A DNA stretch of 64,000 bases from the IMG/VR virus record IMGVR_UViG_3300049491_001058; one strand, given 5' to 3'. Both the position numbers and the translations under genes were made by a program. The notes beneath the pieces were generated by a model. It was not told where the DNA came from, did no database searches, and was given only the letters and a program-made list of their open reading frames with translations. Positions 16,935 to 26,304 of the stretch are shown here, piece by piece (position 1 is the stretch's first letter; every line of letters starts with the position of its first letter). The DNA comes from an uncultured virus (IMG/VR IMGVR_UViG_3300049491_001058). Its lineage: Duplodnaviria; Heunggongvirae; Uroviricota; Caudoviricetes.

Positions 16935-19529
16935 ATGCCCTCGCTCCTTCCCTCTCCTTCATCAGCCCCCTTGGCGCCGAGCCTTACAGCAGGGCAGCTG
17001 GTAAAAGGTTTTGCTCCGGGCGTCGCTGCTACTATTGCGTATCCTGTTGCAGCAATTGGGGCTTCAAGGTTGATGCCACAGGCAGATAAGGAGTATGTTG
17101 CTGATACAAAAGGAGCCCCCCTAAGCTCTCTGTCTGGGGTTGGCCAGAGAATGAGCGCCCTCGATGGCAGAGGGAAGTGGAAATACGAAGCCGGTGACTC
17201 TTTAATGAAGTGGCTGGACTCCGATAGTGCTTCTTGGTTTGCCAATAACCCAGCAACAGCAAAGTATTCAGTTCCGCTTATGGGGGCAATGCAGGCCGCT
17301 GGCGAAGTGTCGCTAGGGGTGCCCATTGGCCGAGCGGTTGTCGATACGACCGAGAATGTTGCATCAAACATAGGCGCTCCAGTTGCAGCAGGAGCTTTAT
17401 TGAGAAAGGCGACACCCTACTTTACCCCAGAAGGTCTCACTTCTTCCATTATTGGGGCAAAAGCGATGTCTTTGCCAAGGACGATTGGATCCGGTCTAGC
17501 GTCGGCGGCCGCGGTCAAGGCGAACCAGATAGGTCAGCACTATCTAGGGCTCGATGCAGAAGCTGGGACCCTTGGGCGGAGCAACGAATTATCTGCTCCA
17601 GCAAATACACTCAATGCCTGGAAGCCATACACTAGAGCTTTTGGCGATATCGCCTCGGGGGCAAGCGCTGGTGCTGCTACAGGTGGAGCTCCAGGAGCAA
17701 TCGGTGGAGCTGTTTACGGAGCCACGCAAGAGCCGACAGAGCAGTATCGAGCTCTTCAGAGGATAAATGAGATCAATAATCGGGCGCACCATTCCGCGAA
17801 CAATAACCTGCTTGAGTTGTTGATTAACCCGAGTGTCCCGTTAAGCCGTTTCGGCGATGGACCTGGACAGCTAAAACTAAAAGACTCTACGTCCTTCTGG
17901 GATAAGCTAAAAGCAATGAATTTTGAGGACAACAGCCTGTCCCAAGAGAATATAAATCTCGCTCTCTCTGAACGCAGAAGACTGTCTGGAGAGATGGACA
18001 AAGACAACAGGCTGTGGGCAGACCCAAAACCAAGGTCGGAAAGGGCGGCAGGGGAGGAGACGACTCTTAATCCTGACAGCGCATACTCGCCAAAAGAAAG
18101 AATAAGCAAAGAGCTCAGTAGCGGCGAATACGCTCGACTAGGTGGCGGTAATTTTGAACAAGCAATTAAGGCCGACGAGGGAAGAAAAGGCCTTTCCTCG
18201 GCGCTGAGACTTGGGGGAGGAGCTTTGGCTGCAGGAGCAGGTATATACGCCCTGAGAAAACTTTTCGCTAAGAACAAAAAGAGAAAAACTGAGGAAGAAG
18301 AAATGAGAGATAGTAATTTTGTTCCAGCTGCACCAAAGATCGCTCGATGGATGTTTAAGGGGGCGGACTTGCCCCAAGTTTCATCAATGACCTCAAGTGC
18401 CGCGACTAACATTAATCCAAGACCTGGACCTGTAGGATCAAGATTGAATCCAATAAACTTGGGCGAGACTTCTTGGACTACGGAAGATCAGGCCGCTAAA
18501 GGAGAACCCAGTAATATAGGGCCGGATCCTTTTTATCCTCAGCGTCGAGTCAGTCGTCCAGTCAGCGTTAATGCAAGCCCTCCCGACCATCCTTTAGATA
18601 GAATGGGTATCGATTGGAACCGCAAGGGTTTACGTCCTGATCCTGCTCCGCCTGCTGCAGCAACGCCACCTACTCCAGTAGTCCGCCACGCACCGATTCA
18701 GCCGACGGCTCGTCCCACGACAAGTACGCTGATGACTCCAAGACCAATCGGCTATGGAACACTTGGTGGCAGCTCCACTCCATTGACTAGTCCTGGCCCG
18801 CTAAATGGATCGACTTCTAGTATTTTTCAACCACAGCCTGTCCAGACAAAGCCTGTCCAGACAAAGTCATCTATTCCTTCGCCAATCCAGCCTGCAGCAA
18901 AGGCCCCAGCGGCTCAAGTTGAACCTCTTACTCCCGCACCCGCAGCAGGGACCTGGACCTCTCAGCCCTTGCCAAAAGACACAACGCATGACGGTGCTGG
19001 ATTCCACTCACCAGTGACCACGGCAGGCGGAACAAAAAATGTCGCGTTTACCCCGACGTCTAGACAGGCCATGGATTTCAGGGTTCCTGGCTATGGACAG
19101 ATGACGCCAGAACAAAGAGGTCAATCATTAAGCGCTCTTCCTTCTCCCGTTCGGCCAGTTGGCCAGACCATCCCAAATTATAATCCGCCATCCAACATCA
19201 AGGGCGAAAGACTCTTGATGGATGGAACAAAAGAGGTTGACCCATCAAAAGAGCTTCTTCGCCCTCATCCATATTCCACTGGCCCTGGAACTAAAAGCGT
19301 CGATGTTGCAAAGCAATATGCGGGAGGGAGCGGTGTAGGCTCGGTTACAATTGGTCGCCCGAGGATCAATAGTATTGATTTTCCTGGAGCTCGAAGCGGA
19401 GTGATTCGTGACGAGACTGGCGATGTGACGGCTAAAATCCGAGGCTCGCTGGTGGATAGATTTTATGGTAGACCGGGTCTAACGACACTAAAGAAAACTT
19501 CGGGACTTACAATTCCACGCTGGATATGA
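16935..19529 (+). CDS. Large Gly/Ala-rich putative virion protein with Pro-rich C-terminal half
   Basis: 864 aa; glycine zippers; GGGALAAGAGIYALRKLFAKNKKRK; KIA and KGA motifs. Confidence 0.65.
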   Translation: MPSLLPSPSSAPLAPSLTAGQLVKGFAPGVAATIAYPVAAIGASRLMPQADKEYVADTKGAPLSSLSGVGQRMSALDGRGKWKYEAGDSLMKWLDSDSASWFANNPATAKYSVPLMGAMQAAGEVSLGVPIGRAVVDTTENVASNIGAPVAAGALLRKATPYFTPEGLTSSIIGAKAMSLPRTIGSGLASAAAVKANQIGQHYLGLDAEAGTLGRSNELSAPANTLNAWKPYTRAFGDIASGASAGAATGGAPGAIGGAVYGATQEPTEQYRALQRINEINNRAHHSANNNLLELLINPSVPLSRFGDGPGQLKLKDSTSFWDKLKAMNFEDNSLSQENINLALSERRRLSGEMDKDNRLWADPKPRSERAAGEETTLNPDSAYSPKERISKELSSGEYARLGGGNFEQAIKADEGRKGLSSALRLGGGALAAGAGIYALRKLFAKNKKRKTEEEEMRDSNFVPAAPKIARWMFKGADLPQVSSMTSSAATNINPRPGPVGSRLNPINLGETSWTTEDQAAKGEPSNIGPDPFYPQRRVSRPVSVNASPPDHPLDRMGIDWNRKGLRPDPAPPAAATPPTPVVRHAPIQPTARPTTSTLMTPRPIGYGTLGGSSTPLTSPGPLNGSTSSIFQPQPVQTKPVQTKSSIPSPIQPAAKAPAAQVEPLTPAPAAGTWTSQPLPKDTTHDGAGFHSPVTTAGGTKNVAFTPTSRQAMDFRVPGYGQMTPEQRGQSLSALPSPVRPVGQTIPNYNPPSNIKGERLLMDGTKEVDPSKELLRPHPYSTGPGTKSVDVAKQYAGGSGVGSVTIGRPRINSIDFPGARSGVIRDETGDVTAKIRGSLVDRFYGRPGLTTLKKTSGLTIPRWI

Positions 19530-20149
19530 GCATTAAACCACGACAACAAATTTCATCCGAGCTTCTGGTAGTTCCTGACCCACAAGTTCCATCAGAAGTC
19601 TTTCTTATTGCTCGCGATTCAGCAAAAGGAGAGTCGGCGTTTTACTTTTCTAGCAACGGAGGGAAAAGTTTCAAGGCTCTTATCCCTGCTCCTACCAAAA
19701 AAAGCAGAGCCGGATCAGTACTTACTCTGGCGGACGACCTTTCTGCTGAATGGAGGTTTCAAGGGGCGGCCCGACAGTCTTCTGTGTCATCGAGCGCCGG
19801 AGGAAGTTTCTTTGTTCCGTTTCAACTAGTGGGCGATCTCTCGGAAGGAGTCGTCGTCGGATACTTCAAAGTGCCGGTAGGGAAAACAGCGCTAATGAGA
19901 GAGCTGCAGGTGTCAGTCCAGGACACGGCGGACTTGCCGATAATAATTGACGTAGTGAACGGATCAGGGGTGGCGCAAGGAAGAGCGATAACTCTTGCTT
20001 CGGGCTCTAAACATTTTACCTTCACGTTCCCGACACCACTCAGTCTTTCGTCTAAATCTATCTGGATGATGAAGGTCTTGAGTTGTGGATCAATATCGGC
20101 TCCTGGAGCCAACCTAACAATCCTGGCTGGAATAGAATACACATCATGA
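19526..20149 (+). CDS. Hypothetical beta-rich structural protein (fibre-like)
   Basis: 207 aa, ATGA overlaps at both ends, beta-strand-rich C-terminus. Confidence 0.5.
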   Translation: MSIKPRQQISSELLVVPDPQVPSEVFLIARDSAKGESAFYFSSNGGKSFKALIPAPTKKSRAGSVLTLADDLSAEWRFQGAARQSSVSSSAGGSFFVPFQLVGDLSEGVVVGYFKVPVGKTALMRELQVSVQDTADLPIIIDVVNGSGVAQGRAITLASGSKHFTFTFPTPLSLSSKSIWMMKVLSCGSISAPGANLTILAGIEYTS

Positions 20150-20685
20150 ATCGCGATCTCCTCAATCAAGCTCTCGTCGCTATCCAAGCGATGGACTCCA
20201 AGTCTGTAAAAAAGGCCTTTGTTCCTGGCCCATCTGTTCAGGGCCAGCTCCAGCAGCTTCAGGCAATGGCTGCCGAGCAAGCATCCAGTGGGCAAGCTGC
20301 GCAACAGGCGACGGAGCAGATTCAGGCTCAGGCCCAGGGAGCCCCGCCAATGATGCGGATTGAAGATATCGCTCAAATGCTGGATCAAGCAATGCAGGAA
20401 ATAACACAACTGATTAGCCAGTTGCCTCAGCAGATTTCCCAGATGATGACGCAAATGCAGCAACAGACTGCAGCCCAACAGCCAGCCGCTCAGGGAGCTA
20501 AGCCAAAGAAGGAGGATATGATTGCTCAAAAGCTCGACAATATTGCTCAGCTTTTACAGCAAGCGATGGGAGCTCCTCCTCCAGCGCCTCCGGGAGCAAT
20601 GGGGGCTCCGCCAGTTGATCCAGCCCAGCAAGATCCCGCCGCTCAGCAGCCCCAAGACCCAGCAGCACAACAACCAGCTCAGTGA
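20146..20685 (+). CDS. Gln/Ala/Pro-rich low-complexity protein
   Basis: Start at ATG 20146 (ATGA overlap); KKA|FVP motif near the N-terminus. Confidence 0.7.
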   Translation: MNRDLLNQALVAIQAMDSKSVKKAFVPGPSVQGQLQQLQAMAAEQASSGQAAQQATEQIQAQAQGAPPMMRIEDIAQMLDQAMQEITQLISQLPQQISQMMTQMQQQTAAQQPAAQGAKPKKEDMIAQKLDNIAQLLQQAMGAPPPAPPGAMGAPPVDPAQQDPAAQQPQDPAAQQPAQ

Positions 20686-20924
20686 TCACGACCGTAAGAA
20701 GTAATCCTTTCGGACCTCCATTATTGGAGACGAAGGAGGCCACTTGGATAGATATCAGGGATGATCAAGGGCACTTGATTTATATTCTGGTGTTTATGCC
20801 AGGAGGAACAGCATTCATTACGTCAAACAGGAACGATCCGGACTTCGAGGAAACGGCCAAGAATTTTCACATCCCCCTTCTAAAGACAGATGAGATCGAT
20901 CACTCCAGGCCGACTGCTATTTGA
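20682..20924 (+). CDS. Small hypothetical protein
   Basis: 80 aa, GTGA overlap with the upstream stop. Confidence 0.6.
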   Translation: MITTVRSNPFGPPLLETKEATWIDIRDDQGHLIYILVFMPGGTAFITSNRNDPDFEETAKNFHIPLLKTDEIDHSRPTAI

Positions 20925-22785
20925 GCAAATCGTTCCGCCAGAATTTATGGAGGGGATCGATGATGGTCCTATTGACTCGTCAAAAATGAAGAACATCCTT
21001 CAGTCGGTGGCTGAAAAATCCCCTGACAGGTACAGGGATATCTCCCATGCGATATTGAAGATGGGGGCAAAGACCTCCAATGAGGTCCCGACCAGCTTCA
21101 GCCTAGAGGATTTGAAGTCTCCTATAGATATGAAGTCGCACATGGGGCAGATAGCTCTAAAGGAGAATGCAATCCTTTCGGACAAAAGCTTGACCCCAAA
21201 ACAAAGGAACGGGCAACTGATCAAGCTCTACGGCGAGCAGTCCAACTCGATGCCTGATATTATTTATCGAGCGGCCCAGGCGAAGGATTCGAACCTTGCC
21301 AGGATGGTCGCCTCCGGAGCTCGAGGAAATAAAGGGCAGTTGAACAGTAATATCGGCGCTGACTGGTTGATGTTGGACGCGAACTCTGACCCTATCCCTG
21401 TTCCGATCAAACATAGCTACGCTGAAGGCCTGAGTCCTGCGGAATACTTCGCCTCGGCATACGGGACCAGACGCGGTTTACTTAGCACAAAATTTTCTGT
21501 CCAACAATCAGGGTATCTCTCAAAACAGTTAAGTGCTGCAGCTCATGACCTTGTCGTCTCCGAAAAGGATTGCGACACTCACCGCGGATACCCAACCTCA
21601 CCTGACGATAAAGATAATATCGGAGCGGTGATGGCGGTTGATGCCGGCGGATTTCCGGCTGGAACCGTCGTGACATCAAGGGTTTTGAGTCAGCTGAAAA
21701 GCAATGGCGTTTCGAAGATGACAGTCAGAAGCCCACTGACTTGCACGGCAAAGAATGGTGTTTGTGCCACTTGTGCTGGTGTGGGAGCTAGGAACAAATT
21801 CCCCGAGATCGGAGAGAGAGTTGGGCTTGCAGCAGCATCATCAGTAGGGGAGCCCCTTAGTCAGTCTACTCTAAGCGAGAAGCATAGCGGAGGAGTTGCG
21901 TCCTCATCCGGCAAGGCTGTCTCCGCTTTCAAAAGCATCGACGCCCTAGTTCAGGTCCCCGATAACTTCCCAAATGGCGCAACGGTTGCGAGTAATGATG
22001 GGAGAGTGACAAAGGTTGAGGCGGCCCCACAGGGAGGCAGCTATATTTACGTTGGCGACAAACAGCATTATGTTGCTCAAGGAATGGATCCCAAAGTAAA
22101 GATGGGAGACACTGTCGAGGCGGGCGACAGCCTTTCCTCTGGTGTCCCAAATCCGTACGACATCGTGAAACATAAGGGAGTCGGACAAGGTCGAGTTTAT
22201 TTCGTGGATGCTCTTCGCGATACGCTGAGGAGTAACAACATTTCAGCAGATCGTCGTCAGCTCGAATTTCTCGGAAGGGCTTTGGTGAATCACGTCAAGG
22301 TCACAGACCCTGAAGGATATGGATCACATCTCCCTGATGACGTTATCGAATACAGCGCCATTGAGCAGGATTTCGAACCAGAAAACTCTTTCAAGTCGGC
22401 TCCGGGAAAAGCTGAAGGCAAATATTTGGCCAGACCGACGCTCCATTATTCTCTTGGAACAAGGATCACTCCATCGGTGATCAAGGGGATTGAGGACGGT
22501 GGAGAAAAAGAAATCGACGTCATGGATTTGAGCCCAGGGTTTGAGCCAGAGATGCAACGAGTAATGGATAATCCAAGCTTCAAGCCTGACTGGTTAGCTC
22601 AGTTCGCTGGCTCGGGACTGAAAAAAAGAATGCTTCAGAACGTTCACTCCGGCGATGCCTATAGTGACCCGAACGGCGCTTCATATATTCCAAGCCTAGC
22701 GAAAGGGGTTGGGTTTGGAGATCCAGTAGTAAAGAAGCCAGTTGATTTTATAAAACCCCTAGCAAAGCCACTCCCTTTGCTATAA
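20890..22785 (+). CDS. rpoC: RNA polymerase beta' subunit, C-terminal part
   Basis: MVASGARG; bridge helix EGLSPAEYFASAYGTRRGL...SGYLSKQL; Zn site DC...RSPLTC...GVCATC; trigger loop GEPLSQSTLSEKHSGG. Confidence 0.93.
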   Translation: MRSITPGRLLFEQIVPPEFMEGIDDGPIDSSKMKNILQSVAEKSPDRYRDISHAILKMGAKTSNEVPTSFSLEDLKSPIDMKSHMGQIALKENAILSDKSLTPKQRNGQLIKLYGEQSNSMPDIIYRAAQAKDSNLARMVASGARGNKGQLNSNIGADWLMLDANSDPIPVPIKHSYAEGLSPAEYFASAYGTRRGLLSTKFSVQQSGYLSKQLSAAAHDLVVSEKDCDTHRGYPTSPDDKDNIGAVMAVDAGGFPAGTVVTSRVLSQLKSNGVSKMTVRSPLTCTAKNGVCATCAGVGARNKFPEIGERVGLAAASSVGEPLSQSTLSEKHSGGVASSSGKAVSAFKSIDALVQVPDNFPNGATVASNDGRVTKVEAAPQGGSYIYVGDKQHYVAQGMDPKVKMGDTVEAGDSLSSGVPNPYDIVKHKGVGQGRVYFVDALRDTLRSNNISADRRQLEFLGRALVNHVKVTDPEGYGSHLPDDVIEYSAIEQDFEPENSFKSAPGKAEGKYLARPTLHYSLGTRITPSVIKGIEDGGEKEIDVMDLSPGFEPEMQRVMDNPSFKPDWLAQFAGSGLKKRMLQNVHSGDAYSDPNGASYIPSLAKGVGFGDPVVKKPVDFIKPLAKPLPLL

Positions 22786-22797
22786 CTTTGGAAAATT

Positions 22798-25700
22798 ATG
22801 CCTGATAAAAAAGTCGAGACAACCCTAGCCGATTTGGCGGTCAACCTTGTTTTTGATCGGACCCCTGGTCTTGCAGATCATTACCTTGGTTTTGAAATTA
22901 TCCCTGGTTCGCAGAACGAGGAAAAAACTCGTGCAGCCGGACTACTTGGCTTTCGGGTCGGGACGGAAGAGCTTTATATCCCCATCCTTTTCCTGAACGG
23001 AAAAGTAAAAGGATCGGAAGTTATCTACTTGAGTGAAGCTGACGTCTTTACCAGCAACTCCAAACAGTGGATCGACTACCTCACCACAAAGGATACCGGC
23101 ACAATGGGAGCAGGAGCCACTCCGAAAACTCCATTGCAACAGCCATCTTCACAAGGGCTTGCTGTATTCAGTCGTAACCCTGGTAATATTGGTAAGATGG
23201 CGGTTTTAGTGGAAGATGCCGATCTCGACCTTCCTAGCGCAGAGGCTTTTCAGAAAGCTCTTGGCCGAGCTAACGCTGCTGGAATGACTCCTTCTCCAGA
23301 GACATTTAAAGCTATCCAATCTGAATACGATACAAAGAAAAAACAAAGGGACGGCAAAGCAAAAACGGCAGCCTTCTTTGAAGGAGCGGCCAGCGACTTC
23401 TGGAGTAAGGTTGCGTCGCCAGAAGGGGACTGGACCGACATCTCTCTTGGCGAAAACTTCACTTTGCCGAACGTCCTGAGGTCCTTGGGTAAGGAGGCTT
23501 ACCTGAAATTTGCCTCGATGCTGGAGCAGAACCCAGAGGTGCTGTCCAAGGTGGCTCAATATTTTGATGTCGAGAAAGATATCTTTTTTGACTGGCCTCA
23601 GGAAAAAACGGCGTCACTGGAGGATCCTGAAATGGAGGCCTTTTTCAAAAGCGCTCAGGCGGCTGCAGACGAATGCAAGCTGCTGATGATCATGCCGGAG
23701 GAGATCGAGGAGTTCTCCAAGCAGGCCCTCGATCATTCAGTCCAAGAAAACTTAAATAGACTGATCGCAAATGGTCCTGATTATCTGGACGCTGCAACCA
23801 CAAGCCCTATTATCTTAGCTGGCGCAGATGTGGGCCGTAACTTTTCTAAAACAGATCTAGCTAAAATAATAGCGCAGAGGGAGCTCCCACAGCTTTTTGG
23901 AAACGGAATGAAGGATGAGGCGGTTCATAGAATGGTCCCTGTTCTTGGAGGCAGACTCGCTGGTCTTAGTGGCTCACCTCTTGCTGGTGCTTACCTCGCA
24001 AAGAGAGCCGCCGTCGACTCCCTCACTCCAGAGCAAAAAGAGCAATGTTTCACTGATGGATATCTCGTCCTAGATAAGAGAGCTGAAAAGGAAAAGACCC
24101 TCGTCTTGAAAGAGGATTACCGTAATCGATTCAGTTCTCCGTCCGAAAGCGGCTTCTATGAAGTTCTTTGTTCGTCCGGTGATATCGAGAAGGTTTTCCT
24201 TGCCCATCAATCATTCACTATCGAACATCCCCATAAGAGGTTGTCGGGCGATCTCTTGCTTGATCCCGAAAGCGGCGTCTTTACCCTGCCAGTCATTGGT
24301 GAGCAGGTATTTGTTCGCTCTAAGCTTTCGACTGATGAGGCCGTATGGAAAGAGAAGGCTGGAAAAATGCCTTCCGTTTCAAGCATGGAGCCAAACAAAA
24401 GCTACATGCTGATTTCCTCAAAGATGGATACTTCGATTCCGTTCCGGGTAAAAGGCAAAACAAAGACCGACAGCGGCCTGTCCTTTACTTGCGAAACCTC
24501 TTGGGACTTGCGTTATCGCTGCATGTCTCCTTCGGAATCTCTCTATCCCGGATCGTGCTCTTCTGGCATGACTGGAGTTACGACGGTTAAAGTGGTTGAC
24601 CGTGAAGACGAATCTAGCGTTGCTCAGGTTGGCGATATTACTTATGTCCCATCATCGTGGAAGGTGATCGAGGTTTATGACAACTCCACCAGTCTTCAAT
24701 ACGGTCATTCCACTTACCCAACAGATAATGAGGCGGAAAAGAAGGAGCGAAAGGAAAGAGAGGAAATGGCTAAGGTCTATTTCCGGATTCTCCCTGGAAA
24801 TTCAAAGACTCTGACCTCTGTCCTTGCAAACAAAAACATCCATGAACTCTCTGTCCACAAAACGGCGTCGGATTATTCTGTCCGTCTCGACAAGGAAGTT
24901 GTCTGTCACGGAAATAAAGTTGCGGCGCTACAGACTTTGGTGTCTGGGATGGGTATTGGTCTTGACGATGCCATTGCTATTATTGATGAGTCGGTTTCGC
25001 CCACTGGAACAAAGCAATGGGTGAAGGAGGCTTATGGTCCTGAGGTCAAAGCAAAAGACATTCTTCCTATGGAAGGTTTTCTTCCAGGGGCACAAGACTT
25101 TTTGAATACATACTCTTCTAATCGGGCAGGCAGGGCCGTAGCAATGGGTCATGCTGCCGGAAAAAGCGACGAGGAGATTAGTAGCCGTCTCCGTTATCCA
25201 ATATTTTCAAGCCTAGGTGATACATTAGGAGGCGCGGCCCTTGGAGGCTTGGCGGGAGCAGCGATTGGCGGAGGCGCCTCCGTTCTTGCCGGACCTCAAA
25301 ACCCTTATTCAATAGACCAGGGTGCGACTATTGGCGGGCTTGGAGGCGTGGGTGTCGGAGCTCTTCTTGGGTCAATTCACAACTTTATTCAGAGAAGAAA
25401 GGAGATGAGAGAAATCTCGAAAGAGTTTGATGATACCTCTCCTGGCGACAGAAATAAAACGAAGAGCCCCGAGGATCCAAGAATCAGTGACTATAATCCA
25501 TACATAGGTCCCTATAACAAAGGAGAGAGAGATGCTTATCGTTTTATAAATGGAGAGCAAAAAGAAAAACCGAGCTTTGGGGGAGCCGGGCATACTCAGG
25601 TATTGAGTGGCCTTGCGGACGCTGTCGTGCCAGGAGCCGGGGTTCCTATTTTTGCGGCAGCCGGAATAGCTCAAGGAATCGGATCCTCTGGTAAAAAAGA

Positions 25701-26304
25701 AGAGGCAAAAAAAGCCTCGGAGTCTCCGAGTGACGCTTTTGAACGAATTCTCAATAAATCCGCAAGAGGTCCATCGCTCAATGGCGAAGGCCTTCTTTAC
25801 GGAGGCATGGCCTTTCCGGACAATGACCAGGAGATTGGGCAAACATCTCAGGGCGTAACTCAGCTTGGTCCAAGAGCTCAGAGAGAGCAGGTCCCCATCA
25901 ACAGCATGAGGGACGACACTCAGGACTGGAGAAACATGGATGAAGCGAATTGGGATAAGATTCAGCAGCGCGATATGGATTTCCTAATGCGGGCCGCAGA
26001 TTCCGGCTCGAAGCCGGTGTTTGAGTCGTCCATCATCAATCTCTTGCTGAAAACCAATCGAACTTCAGACCAAGTAAGTGAATGGCTCCCTGATCTGGTC
26101 AGCAGCCTTGACTCAAAGTGTCGTCTCCTCCTTCTGTTCTATTGGCATAGCTCAGACTTTGCCGAGAACTATGGGAAAGACGAGATGGCTGAATTTGAGG
26201 ATGTTCTTCTGAACTCAATCAAGGTTGATGGCCAGCTCATTCTGTTCCTGAAACAGAAAGCTAGCGAATCTTCTTCATCCAAAATTGACGCTTTCGCAGG
26301 CTAA
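22798..26304 (+). CDS. Large putative head protein with many K-x-A motifs
   Basis: 1168 aa; KMA, KTA, KVA, KFA, KSA, KQA, KRA, KEA, KKA motifs; internal glycine-zipper segment. Confidence 0.65.
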   Translation: MPDKKVETTLADLAVNLVFDRTPGLADHYLGFEIIPGSQNEEKTRAAGLLGFRVGTEELYIPILFLNGKVKGSEVIYLSEADVFTSNSKQWIDYLTTKDTGTMGAGATPKTPLQQPSSQGLAVFSRNPGNIGKMAVLVEDADLDLPSAEAFQKALGRANAAGMTPSPETFKAIQSEYDTKKKQRDGKAKTAAFFEGAASDFWSKVASPEGDWTDISLGENFTLPNVLRSLGKEAYLKFASMLEQNPEVLSKVAQYFDVEKDIFFDWPQEKTASLEDPEMEAFFKSAQAAADECKLLMIMPEEIEEFSKQALDHSVQENLNRLIANGPDYLDAATTSPIILAGADVGRNFSKTDLAKIIAQRELPQLFGNGMKDEAVHRMVPVLGGRLAGLSGSPLAGAYLAKRAAVDSLTPEQKEQCFTDGYLVLDKRAEKEKTLVLKEDYRNRFSSPSESGFYEVLCSSGDIEKVFLAHQSFTIEHPHKRLSGDLLLDPESGVFTLPVIGEQVFVRSKLSTDEAVWKEKAGKMPSVSSMEPNKSYMLISSKMDTSIPFRVKGKTKTDSGLSFTCETSWDLRYRCMSPSESLYPGSCSSGMTGVTTVKVVDREDESSVAQVGDITYVPSSWKVIEVYDNSTSLQYGHSTYPTDNEAEKKERKEREEMAKVYFRILPGNSKTLTSVLANKNIHELSVHKTASDYSVRLDKEVVCHGNKVAALQTLVSGMGIGLDDAIAIIDESVSPTGTKQWVKEAYGPEVKAKDILPMEGFLPGAQDFLNTYSSNRAGRAVAMGHAAGKSDEEISSRLRYPIFSSLGDTLGGAALGGLAGAAIGGGASVLAGPQNPYSIDQGATIGGLGGVGVGALLGSIHNFIQRRKEMREISKEFDDTSPGDRNKTKSPEDPRISDYNPYIGPYNKGERDAYRFINGEQKEKPSFGGAGHTQVLSGLADAVVPGAGVPIFAAAGIAQGIGSSGKKEEAKKASESPSDAFERILNKSARGPSLNGEGLLYGGMAFPDNDQEIGQTSQGVTQLGPRAQREQVPINSMRDDTQDWRNMDEANWDKIQQRDMDFLMRAADSGSKPVFESSIINLLLKTNRTSDQVSEWLPDLVSSLDSKCRLLLLFYWHSSDFAENYGKDEMAEFEDVLLNSIKVDGQLILFLKQKASESSSSKIDAFAG

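Noticed and set aside
18837..18866. 15-bp tandem repeat cctgtccagacaaag x2, and cctgct repeats near 973-993
   Set aside because: In-frame low-complexity linker duplications (PVQTK, PA); not CRISPR or a regulatory array
9721..22785. Bacterial chromosomal rpoBC locus or decayed rpoB/rpoC pseudogenes
   Set aside because: No ribosomal-protein neighbours, phage structural context, intact catalytic motifs and long clean ORFs
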